64,000 bases of DNA from positions 1 to 64,000 of the IMG/VR virus record IMGVR_UViG_3300043451_000039. One strand, 5' to 3'. Below, in pieces: positions 54,923 through 63,553 of the stretch. Source of the DNA: a virus. Taxonomy: Duplodnaviria; Heunggongvirae; Uroviricota; Caudoviricetes. Position 1 is the first letter of the stretch. Every line of letters starts with the position of its first letter. The position numbers were made by a program, and so were the translations under genes. Below the pieces are notes generated by a model, which was given only the letters and a program-made list of their open reading frames with translations, was not told the origin of the DNA and did not search any database.

Positions 54923-55711
54923 TTATGATGCCCATGGTGATGCAGCATTAACATTACTGAAATTTGTGAATGCCAGAACAGCATCATCATAATTACCAGC
55001 AAATGTTACAGTAACAGTATCATTAGTGATATCGCCACCTCCACCGCCATCGTTATATGCATACCAGATATCGCATGTTTGATATAGATTAGTGCTACCA
55101 TTATTGTCTAATGTAACAGTAGTGGATTTAGAAGATTTCTTAGTCCATGTTAAACCAGAAGAAGAAGTAACTGATGTAACATGACCACCTGGATTATCAT
55201 GCCCTTCAGAACCAATACATAACACACCAAACTCGTTAGTATTTAATGTATAACCACTTTGTGTTAGTGTATTATTATAATCATCGTATACTGAGTAAGT
55301 TCCAACTTGGCTAGGGGATTGGTCAGTTCCGTTTATAACTTCAACAACTGCGACGAAATTTCCAGGTAAAAAATCTTCGCTGGTTGCGATTTCACCTGTT
55401 ACTACTGATCCAAATTGTTTGGTAGAAATCCATACAAATTCCCACCAATTTCCCATACTATTTTGTACATTAATTGCGTTAGCCCATCCATCACTGGCAC
55501 GCATATATCCAGTATTAGTATTAGGAGAATATTTATCAGAAGTCACAAAAGAAATGGCAGTTCCATTTGCAGGCGCATTAAATGATACCTGAGCAAGACC
55601 TAGACCACCATCTGCTGTTCCAGTGCCAGTCATATAGTAAGATGGCGCTGTTCCGTACTGAGGAATCCCAGTCGCTGCGCCTATCTGAAAACCACTAATC
55701 TTAATTGACAT
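54923..55711 (-). CDS. Hypothetical structural protein (262 aa), beta-rich with a Gly run
   Basis: ORF in track, inside the fibre gene block. Confidence 0.4.
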   Translation of the reverse strand: MSIKISGFQIGAATGIPQYGTAPSYYMTGTGTADGGLGLAQVSFNAPANGTAISFVTSDKYSPNTNTGYMRASDGWANAINVQNSMGNWWEFVWISTKQFGSVVTGEIATSEDFLPGNFVAVVEVINGTDQSPSQVGTYSVYDDYNNTLTQSGYTLNTNEFGVLCIGSEGHDNPGGHVTSVTSSSGLTWTKKSSKSTTVTLDNNGSTNLYQTCDIWYAYNDGGGGGDITNDTVTVTFAGNYDDAVLAFTNFSNVNAASPWAS

Positions 55712-55721
55712 TATTTAATCC

Positions 55722-58700
55722 TTAATATGTGCCACCATCAATGTCGCCCCAAGTTGGAACGCCAGTGTCACTCATTTGAAGAATCTTACCAGAATCTCCA
55801 CCATTCAATTTACTTAGGGTATTTGTAGCAGAAGCATAAATCAAATCACCCTTTGCGTAGCTGGTAAATCCAGTACCACCGTAAGCAGAACCGATAGCAG
55901 TTGCATTCCAAGTGCCAGAAGTAACAGTACCAAGAGTAGTGATAGATGTTTGACCAACATAAGTTGAAGCAATATCGATAGAATCTGTAGATACAGAAAT
56001 ACGATCAGCGCTTCCACCGATAGAAAGAACACCACTGCTATATGTTAAACCGTCACCAGCAAGTGAAGATTTTAATTGTAGTTCGTCGTCAACAATCTCA
56101 ATACCACCAGAAGCTGCAACATTAACAGCGAATGTTACGCCAGTTAATGATAAACCATCACCAGCAGTATAAGCGCCAGAACCAGCGAACTGAACATAAG
56201 TTTGATAGTTACCAGTTTCACCAAAGTTTGTTAGGTATGTATTGGTCTGTGTCCAACCAGTAGCACCGTAAACAGTACCTTCCATAACATAAACAGCCAT
56301 ACCAACAAGTTCTTGGTATGTATCAGTATCTGCGGAACGAGTAAGGGTATAAGTACCACCTCCCTGTTCATAAACATAGATACCATTTTCAGCTGGATCA
56401 GTCTGGTTGATAAGAAGAATTCTATAACCATTGTTAGACGCAGTTAATGTTGCGTGACTATCAATACTTAAAGTAGAACCAGATCCAGTTAATGGAATAT
56501 TAGTATTTGATAATAAGTGAACTGAATCTTTCCAAGTTAAACCAGTAACCTTACTATCAACATAAGATCTGTTGGCAGCATCAGTTCCATTAATTGGAGT
56601 AGCAACATTGGTAATTCTAGAAGAAGAAGCGTTAATAGTACCAGCGCCATTTGGTGTCAACTCAATATCACCATCAGTGTTTGTGGCAGTAATTGAGTTA
56701 GCATCAATTTTTAAGTTGGTAGCATTATATGTAACTTCTTTAGTATCAGAATTGTAAATTACATACTGAGTACCATCATTTACGTTGCGAATTGGATCAA
56801 TGTATAGACCTTGTTCGCTTGGGTTGATACCAGTTCCGTTACCGTTGGCAGTTGCTTGGATAACGATAGAGTTAGCGTGTTGGCTATATTCACCAGCATG
56901 CGCACCGATGGCGATAGCATTAGTGCCTTGACTAGATGTGTCAAACACACCCATACCAGCATGGTGACCGATGGCAACAGCCCAACCACCTTGATTATAA
57001 CGACCAGCCAAACGACCGATAGCAATTGCTTTCTGTCCTTGGTATTGTGAACCAGCCCAACGACCTAATGCGATAGCACTAAATCCTTGGTCTGTATCAG
57101 CAGCATCTTCACCAATAGCGATAGAAGTTAATGATTGACCAGTATGACCAGCGTTGTTACCAATAGCAACTGCATTTTGTTGTTGATTAACTTGACCAGC
57201 ATTAACACCGATTGCAACTGCATTGTAACCTTGTGAAGTTTGACCAGCTAAGTAACCAACTGCAATTGCTGATGAAGATTGAGATGTTTCACCAGCTTGC
57301 GCACCGATTGCTACTGCGTAGCTACCTTGATTTAAATAACCTGCGCCACCAACTGAAGAGTTTGGTGAAGAACCGATAGCGATAGCATCGCTACCTTGAC
57401 CAGAATTACCAGCACGATTACCCATGGCAATCGCATTGTTTCCTTGGTTAGTTGTACCAGCACGAGCACCAATTGCGATAGTATCCCAAGATTGACCATC
57501 TTGAGTATCTGGTTGGTAACCGATAGAAATTCTTTGTGAATAACCAGATGGGTCAACACCATTACCCAAAAGGATAGAGTTGCTAGAACCATCAGAAAGA
57601 ATAGCACCATGTGGTAATACTAATGTACCACTATTGGTATTGGTAAACTGCCAACGAGCATTGTCGTTGGCATAAAGGCTGATCTGGTTATTAAAATTAT
57701 TGATGTACCATTCGCCATCAAAGCCCATCTCGGCAATTTTAGTACCAGAGATATTGTTGCTATCATAGAATTGAATACCTGAATCTGGTAAACTAAAGTA
57801 TCCATCACCTTTGAATACTGCGTTTTTCTCAGTGCCATTAGAAGCAGCAAGGATAACATCACCAGTAGTATCATTGGTTTCGATAGTTCCTGGAATTACT
57901 AAGTGACCATCAGAGTTTCTGAAAGTTACTGAACCAGAATCATTCTGTTGAACGATGTCACCGTTGTTAGTGCGTAGGAATAAATTACCATTACGTTTTG
58001 CCCAGACAGCAATATCATCTGGACTGTCGTACCATGAACCACTAGCGCCACCGATGTCGATTAATGAATCGCCATTGTCGTAGTTGCCAAGAGTAATACC
58101 TTGATTACCAGTGTTCCAGATATTAAGACGATTTGAATTATCCCAATCACTGATTCTTAATGATGAATTGTTGTTATCAGTATCAGGAGTGATAAAGAAT
58201 GTATTATCATTGTATCGTCCAATTTGGATATAATTACCAAATTGCAACGGCATGTCTGCGTTCAATACCAATGAACCAGCATTTGGAAGGATACTTGCGG
58301 CTAGTGTATTGTTAGACCAGAACTGGACATAACCATCACCTTCGCTAAACATACCAGTATCATTATCATCAATGAAACCGTAACCAGTAGAACCGTAGTT
58401 AGGGTTGCCTTCTAACGCTAGGTAACCATCTGAAGACAAACCACCAGCAGTTGATAAGTTACCTTGAACATACAAAGCACCTTCAATAGAAACACCACCA
58501 GCAACTTGTAATGCACCAGTATTAGAACCAGTTGCTTCAGTTGTGGTTTTAATCTTGATACCGCTACCATCAACAGTAACTACATTAACTTCATCGGAAT
58601 AGAAATCAATGTTGCCGTTGTTGGCTGCAGTTACATATGTTAGTTGGTCAACTGAACGAACACCACCTAGTGATGACCAGTTTGTTCCATCGTAACCTTC

Positions 58701-59171
58701 GAAAGATGTATTAGTTGTATTGAAACGAATAGCGCCAGAAACTTGTGGTGCTTGTTGCGCAGTAGTTCCCTTTGGAATTACTAGTGCGTTTGTTCCAGAG
58801 ATAGTAACATATCCGTCACCATTAGGAGCAAGAACGATGTTACCATCAGTGTTTGTTGAACTGATTGTGTTACCATTTAGTTGTAAGTTATCAACTAATA
58901 GGTTATCAATTTTACTATCGGCATCAACAACGATAGCGGAGTTTGCAGTTAATGTACCAGCAACATGGTCTAATCTGTCTGTGAAAAACTTACCACCGAT
59001 AACTACGTGATTCGCAGCATTACCATTGCTCTCTGTGCCCATACCAATGTATAGACGATCACCACCATTCGAGCCGTTATCTGTTAAGTTTGAATATGCT
59101 AATTCACCAGCGCCCAGCGTACCTGGATTTCCTGAAACTGACGAACGCTTAATTCTAATAATTGAAGCCAT
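55722..59171 (-). CDS. Long tail-fibre protein (1149 aa) with YadA-head-like (Hep_Hag-like) xAIAIGxxAG repeats
   Basis: N-terminus MASIIRIKRSSVSGNPGTLGAGELAY. About 14 consecutive repeats of the type NAIAMGNRAGNSGQG / SDAIAIG... / YAVAIGAQAGETSQ / NAVAIGVNAGQVNQ. Confidence 0.6.
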   Translation of the reverse strand: MASIIRIKRSSVSGNPGTLGAGELAYSNLTDNGSNGGDRLYIGMGTESNGNAANHVVIGGKFFTDRLDHVAGTLTANSAIVVDADSKIDNLLVDNLQLNGNTISSTNTDGNIVLAPNGDGYVTISGTNALVIPKGTTAQQAPQVSGAIRFNTTNTSFEGYDGTNWSSLGGVRSVDQLTYVTAANNGNIDFYSDEVNVVTVDGSGIKIKTTTEATGSNTGALQVAGGVSIEGALYVQGNLSTAGGLSSDGYLALEGNPNYGSTGYGFIDDNDTGMFSEGDGYVQFWSNNTLAASILPNAGSLVLNADMPLQFGNYIQIGRYNDNTFFITPDTDNNNSSLRISDWDNSNRLNIWNTGNQGITLGNYDNGDSLIDIGGASGSWYDSPDDIAVWAKRNGNLFLRTNNGDIVQQNDSGSVTFRNSDGHLVIPGTIETNDTTGDVILAASNGTEKNAVFKGDGYFSLPDSGIQFYDSNNISGTKIAEMGFDGEWYINNFNNQISLYANDNARWQFTNTNSGTLVLPHGAILSDGSSNSILLGNGVDPSGYSQRISIGYQPDTQDGQSWDTIAIGARAGTTNQGNNAIAMGNRAGNSGQGSDAIAIGSSPNSSVGGAGYLNQGSYAVAIGAQAGETSQSSSAIAVGYLAGQTSQGYNAVAIGVNAGQVNQQQNAVAIGNNAGHTGQSLTSIAIGEDAADTDQGFSAIALGRWAGSQYQGQKAIAIGRLAGRYNQGGWAVAIGHHAGMGVFDTSSQGTNAIAIGAHAGEYSQHANSIVIQATANGNGTGINPSEQGLYIDPIRNVNDGTQYVIYNSDTKEVTYNATNLKIDANSITATNTDGDIELTPNGAGTINASSSRITNVATPINGTDAANRSYVDSKVTGLTWKDSVHLLSNTNIPLTGSGSTLSIDSHATLTASNNGYRILLINQTDPAENGIYVYEQGGGTYTLTRSADTDTYQELVGMAVYVMEGTVYGATGWTQTNTYLTNFGETGNYQTYVQFAGSGAYTAGDGLSLTGVTFAVNVAASGGIEIVDDELQLKSSLAGDGLTYSSGVLSIGGSADRISVSTDSIDIASTYVGQTSITTLGTVTSGTWNATAIGSAYGGTGFTSYAKGDLIYASATNTLSKLNGGDSGKILQMSDTGVPTWGDIDGGTY
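56800..57540. repeat. Degenerate tandem repeat DNA (about 33-45 bp units) encoding the xAIAIGxxAGxxxQ repeats of the long fibre (approximate bounds)
   Basis: Recurrent ...accgatagcgatagc.../...accaatagcaactgc... units on the plus strand. Confidence 0.5.
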
Positions 59172-59183
59172 CTTTTATCTCCG

Positions 59184-59429
59184 TTAAAATTCTCCGCCTT
59201 CCATAATCTGTAAATCCAGAGTTCTGGTAGCCGTCCATTTATTTGTTATTGTTTTATAAACTAAAACCGAGCCATTCGTCTTTGCTGATGTATCTACATC
59301 ACCAACATTACCAATAGATTCAACTGAAGAAGGATTCGATAAATTAGAAGAAGCAAGAGTAATAATACCCTCTGATACAGCAACCTGTAACGCTTCGTCT
59401 GGTTGTACAATAGCGATTGTATCTGACAT
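59184..59429 (-). CDS. Hypothetical protein (81 aa) immediately upstream of the long fibre gene
   Basis: ORF in track. Confidence 0.35.
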   Translation of the reverse strand: MSDTIAIVQPDEALQVAVSEGIITLASSNLSNPSSVESIGNVGDVDTSAKTNGSVLVYKTITNKWTATRTLDLQIMEGGEF

Positions 59430-59432
59430 ATT

Positions 59433-59768
59433 TTAAATCTGAGTTATTTGTGGGGTTACTGTTACTATTCCCTCAACCACTCTAGTTTTGTTCCCAGATT
59501 GGGAGGTAATCTCCACGTCATAAAGCCATCGTCCAGCTGGGATGGCTTCAGATTGAACAGGGGTTAGTTGGAGTCTGACTTTCCCAGCTGCAGCATCGTA
59601 GATGCTCGCTGTGAAACTATATGCTTGGCTGGAACTATACGATTTTCTCATCTGAGATTTTACCGTATATCCAGTCAGATCTAAGGGTTGGCCAGTAGTA
59701 GCAGCAACTGTAATGATGTTACTGTACGTTGTTCCTGCGTCAACAAAGAGGTTACTGATAGTCGCCAT
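59433..59768 (-). CDS. Hypothetical beta-rich protein (111 aa), late-promoter-driven
   Basis: ORF in track. TATAAATA sits about 34 nt upstream. Confidence 0.4.
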   Translation of the reverse strand: MATISNLFVDAGTTYSNIITVAATTGQPLDLTGYTVKSQMRKSYSSSQAYSFTASIYDAAAGKVRLQLTPVQSEAIPAGRWLYDVEITSQSGNKTRVVEGIVTVTPQITQI

Positions 59769-59801
59769 TGTCCATTCCTAAACACTATTCTTATACCTCT
59801 T

Positions 59802-59809
59802 TATTTATA
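59802..59809 (-). promoter_or_regulatory. T4-type late promoter TATAAATA
   Basis: Plus strand tatttata at 59802-59809, upstream of the 59768 ATG. Confidence 0.4.
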
Positions 59810-59826
59810 ATATGCGGAAGTTGGTG

Positions 59827-60900
59827 TTACAAGAATACATTATCGCCGTTCTCTAATAAGAACAGCCAATTTGGTTCTGCTAGCGAGAAGTTTGAGATCT
59901 TCTTAGACTTATTATCTGCGTAATGCTTCTCTCCGAACATATCTGACAAAATTTCCCTCATTTGCCATCTATGAGTATTTGGGTTTCCTCGAATTTTTGT
60001 GAATGGCTCTTTTGTATTAATTGCCCAACTTTGAAAATCTTCTGAATTAAAGAACCCATGTATTTTATCTGCTGTTGGTTTGTTCAATAAAACCTTATGT
60101 TCATAAAGAGCAGTATACCAGTCTAAATTAAAAATACATAACCATCTTAAATCAGCAACTGTTTCTATCTTCTTCGGGGATGATTTAATTATTGGGTCCA
60201 AGAATTCTAGAATCTCTGGATTAACATTTGTGTAAGATTCATAAATTGTTTCTGGCGTCCCAAGAGTGTGATGAAACATAGCAGTCCCACCAGTTGCAAA
60301 CATATCATCGGTTGGACCGAACAGTTGATTACCACACATACCACTCACATAGATTCCTGGCTCTTGGTATTTTAAATCATTACGCTTAGAAACATCTATG
60401 TGATATTTAAATTCATTCTTTAATCTTCTATCAAACATATCACCAGACTCAATAATAGAATTGTAAGTTCCATAGATCCTAACTTGGTCTGGATCATTAG
60501 CGAAATGTCTTAATATGAAAAGAATGTATGTGCTGTCTATACCTCCAGACCACATTACATTAATCGGCTGACCCAAATCAAGTAACTCTTTAGCCCTTCT
60601 CTTAGAAACCTCAAAGAATGAATCGTTTACTACATGAGATGGGATTGGGTGTAGGTCTTTTGAAATATTCAAAAAGTGCGGTAGAGAATTGGTTCTATCG
60701 TAAACAGCGTTGAATCTGTTTAGACCAATTTTATCATAAGTGTCAAAAATTTTCTTATCAAAATCTTTAGCCAGAAAAGGAGAATTTTCTATGGCATCTA
60801 AATTATGTTCTATAAGATTTGAAACATGGTGAACATTATAATATACAATCATGGGATCCTCAAATGAAAATAGGGAGCAACGCTCCCTATTACTTATCAC
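59827..60900 (-). CDS. PP-loop ATP-pyrophosphatase superfamily protein (asparagine-synthetase-like / adenine-nucleotide alpha-hydrolase fold)
   Basis: 357 aa with SGGxDS PP-loop (NVMWSGGIDSTYILF) at residues about 117-125, preceded by a domain of about 110 aa. Last gene of a four-gene overlapping operon. Confidence 0.6.
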   Translation of the reverse strand: MISNRERCSLFSFEDPMIVYYNVHHVSNLIEHNLDAIENSPFLAKDFDKKIFDTYDKIGLNRFNAVYDRTNSLPHFLNISKDLHPIPSHVVNDSFFEVSKRRAKELLDLGQPINVMWSGGIDSTYILFILRHFANDPDQVRIYGTYNSIIESGDMFDRRLKNEFKYHIDVSKRNDLKYQEPGIYVSGMCGNQLFGPTDDMFATGGTAMFHHTLGTPETIYESYTNVNPEILEFLDPIIKSSPKKIETVADLRWLCIFNLDWYTALYEHKVLLNKPTADKIHGFFNSEDFQSWAINTKEPFTKIRGNPNTHRWQMREILSDMFGEKHYADNKSKKISNFSLAEPNWLFLLENGDNVFL

Positions 60901-60908
60901 TTTTGTTT

Positions 60909-61856
60909 TTAGTGTAGTTGAATCTTCTCAACTAGACCTGGAGTGAAGTAGTCAGCAAACTTAGCGTAAACTGGAGCAGTAACTTCTTTGAAGCGTGCTT
61001 CTTGTTCAGCAGTCATCTTAACAACTTCAACACCCTCAGCCTCGCATTGAGCCAAGATGTTTGGAATATCAGCAACAGACTCGCGACGCTCTTGACGAGC
61101 AGCGTTGAATGCAGCAGTAGACAAGATTTCTTGAGTCTCAGCATCGAATTGCTTGAAGAAGTCTTGGTTAACGATGATAGATGTCAAGAACAAGCTGTGG
61201 GCTGTATCGTTAACAACTTTGAAACTCTTGTGTTGGTCTAGTGGGAACACACGAACGTAAGTAGATTCACCAGCTTCGATCAAACCTGCATCAGCTGCAG
61301 CATTCATTTCTTCCAAAGCGATGTGTTCTTTTGGTTCTGCGCCGAGCAACTTGAAAGTCTCAACAGCAACTGGAGAACGAGAAGTGCGAACTGTGCGCCC
61401 TTGCCATGCTTCTACAGTGTCAGCCTTAAAGTTAGCTGGAACAACACGGTATCCACCAGAGTAAGTAAAAGACATAGCATGAGTATTAGAATTCTTAGCA
61501 ACACCAGCCAATAACTCAGTACCGATAGAACCTTCTAGAACTGCGTCAGCGTGAGCATGGTCACGGAACAAGAATGGAAGATCTAACGCATGTAGGTCTT
61601 TGTTATAGTCAGCCAACCAAGTAGTATAGATATGGCTCATTTCGATAGCGCCAGTATCAACCAACTTCATTAAAGCATCTTTGGTGATCTTTTGACCGCC
61701 ATTGTATTTGTTGGTATAGTCAGTTAAAGAAAGAACCTCGATGTCAAACGCACCATTAGTTTTCTCATTAACTTCTTTAGCGAATCTCTCCGCTACTTTC
61801 AAAAACAAACCGATAGGTTCGTGGGCAATAACCCATTTTACATGTTTAGTAGTCAT
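60909..61856 (-). CDS. TRAP-transporter solute-binding-protein (DctP family) homologue lacking a signal peptide
   Basis: 315 aa. KWVIAHEP..., FAKEVNEKTNGAFDIEV, LDLPFLFRDHAHADAVLEGSIGTELL and the C-terminal VYAKFADYFTPGLVEKIQ are DctP-family hallmarks. The N-terminus MTTKHVKWVIAHE has no hydrophobic leader. Confidence 0.7.
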   Translation of the reverse strand: MTTKHVKWVIAHEPIGLFLKVAERFAKEVNEKTNGAFDIEVLSLTDYTNKYNGGQKITKDALMKLVDTGAIEMSHIYTTWLADYNKDLHALDLPFLFRDHAHADAVLEGSIGTELLAGVAKNSNTHAMSFTYSGGYRVVPANFKADTVEAWQGRTVRTSRSPVAVETFKLLGAEPKEHIALEEMNAAADAGLIEAGESTYVRVFPLDQHKSFKVVNDTAHSLFLTSIIVNQDFFKQFDAETQEILSTAAFNAARQERRESVADIPNILAQCEAEGVEVVKMTAEQEARFKEVTAPVYAKFADYFTPGLVEKIQLH

Positions 61857-62140
61857 TTCTTAATTTCCTCTGTAGGTATAAAAACCCAGTGTTCTGTTTG
61901 ATTGTCTACATTTATCAATCTTTTCATAACAGGCTCGCTATTATTTATAAGATTTCTAATCACATCCGCACTAGGAAGTTCTTCTTTATTTAGGATCAAA
62001 CTTACTGGGACTACGGTCTCTCTATGACCATAAGTTTGATTATTTGAATCATAGTAGAAGTAATCCTTTATCCTAAAAGTCCCGTCTGGGAATCTAGGAT
62101 ACTCAGATATTTCTACCAGATATTCATTTATAAAACTCAT
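61853..62140 (-). CDS. Hypothetical protein (95 aa) coupled between the rSAM and SBP-like genes
   Basis: ORF in track with 4-nt overlaps at both ends. Confidence 0.45.
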   Translation of the reverse strand: MSFINEYLVEISEYPRFPDGTFRIKDYFYYDSNNQTYGHRETVVPVSLILNKEELPSADVIRNLINNSEPVMKRLINVDNQTEHWVFIPTEEIKK

Positions 62141-63528
62141 ACCGCTACGATTGGTATAAATTTTTTGTTCTTACGGGCAGTTGCTGGCTTACCATTAATC
62201 CACCAGTATATATCTTTTCGATCTTCTCTTAATGGTCCATCAATATATCCTGGAATATACCCATTTGTAATAGTCTCAATTGCTAAAGTAAAGGCAACGA
62301 TATTATCACTGAACGCATTATTACAAGAAGTTTCCCAAAGATCACCAGTCAAGAACATACATGCGCCTTTGCAAAGATGAACGACTGGGCAGTTAGGGCA
62401 CTCTTCTCTATCTCTCCAATGTGTCGATGTTTTAAGGTCTACTGAACTTAAATCAGAAACATGTCCTACGTGGTGGGAAATACCAGAAGGGTTTGTAGAA
62501 ACTGCGCTTACGTTTTGGCAGGTAAGAACATTCCCGTTTAAATCTACTGCGATATTTTGACTGCTATCCATACCGCATTTTTGACCAAGACTTTCTGATA
62601 GATTACCTTGTTCTATGGTAGCAATAAAATCAAAAACCTTCTTATTCACATTATCAAATCTAGTGACCTTACCTTCGCGGAGTTCATTTAAAGAATGATT
62701 TCTATAACGAACTTCTTCATCTTCATTGCCGAGAGAGTTAGCGACACCACCCTCATCATAAGCGTCAACAAATCCACCTTCACCAATAGAAAGGTATTGT
62801 AGGTATTCTTCACCAAGGTTATCAATAACAAACTTCTCAAAGAACATTTGTATAGCAATTCTGCTATAATTCTTTGAGTTAATCATAGCATTGAAACTTA
62901 CTCTTTGTTTAGGAGCAAATCTTCTGAAGATCTCAATAATTGCTTCTTTTGATTTTGGATCATCTAGTGGATCAGGACCACGAACAGGTTGCCCTGGACC
63001 ATCATGCGAAATACCAACTAGGAAATTATACTTGTCTAGCCAGTCAATCTTTTCAGCATCAAATAAACTACCATTTGTGATAATTGTAAATGCTGCTTTT
63101 GGGTATTTTTTGTTTATTGCTTCTGCTAGTGGTTTAAGGGTTTTCCAGTAAACCAATGGCTCACCACCCCAAAACTCGAATGTAGAACCGCCACCTAAAC
63201 CATCATCCCCACCTTCATACCAAGATGCCATATTATTTACAAATGGCTCAACATCATTTGGGTTGGTTGAGTCGGCATGAGGAACAAACCTCTGAGAACA
63301 ATATTCACATTCAAAATTGCAAGAAAGCCCAAGCTGAATCTTTATCTTCTTAAGATCCTTCTTGGACTTTTCTATTCTTCTTAAACTACCAGTTGGTTGT
63401 TGTACTAAAGCATCTTTGATAACTGGCTCACCATTATCCCAGATTAATGTACTATTAGAACTATCATATGTTATTTTACGCTCATCCCTTTTTTCAGGGT
63501 GCATCACACTTATCTCAAATTTCGCCAT
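62137..63528 (-). CDS. Radical SAM enzyme with C-terminal SPASM domain
   Basis: 463 aa. The CxxxCxxC motif is CNFECEYC (residue about 70), with GGEPL and GISHDG motifs. C-terminal auxiliary-cluster cysteines CGMDSSQNIAVDLNGNVLTC and CPNCPVVHLCKGAC (Cx2Cx5Cx3C). Confidence 0.8.
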   Translation of the reverse strand: MAKFEISVMHPEKRDERKITYDSSNSTLIWDNGEPVIKDALVQQPTGSLRRIEKSKKDLKKIKIQLGLSCNFECEYCSQRFVPHADSTNPNDVEPFVNNMASWYEGGDDGLGGGSTFEFWGGEPLVYWKTLKPLAEAINKKYPKAAFTIITNGSLFDAEKIDWLDKYNFLVGISHDGPGQPVRGPDPLDDPKSKEAIIEIFRRFAPKQRVSFNAMINSKNYSRIAIQMFFEKFVIDNLGEEYLQYLSIGEGGFVDAYDEGGVANSLGNEDEEVRYRNHSLNELREGKVTRFDNVNKKVFDFIATIEQGNLSESLGQKCGMDSSQNIAVDLNGNVLTCQNVSAVSTNPSGISHHVGHVSDLSSVDLKTSTHWRDREECPNCPVVHLCKGACMFLTGDLWETSCNNAFSDNIVAFTLAIETITNGYIPGYIDGPLREDRKDIYWWINGKPATARKNKKFIPIVAV

Positions 63529-63553
63529 TCATCATCCTAAAATAATAAAAAAA

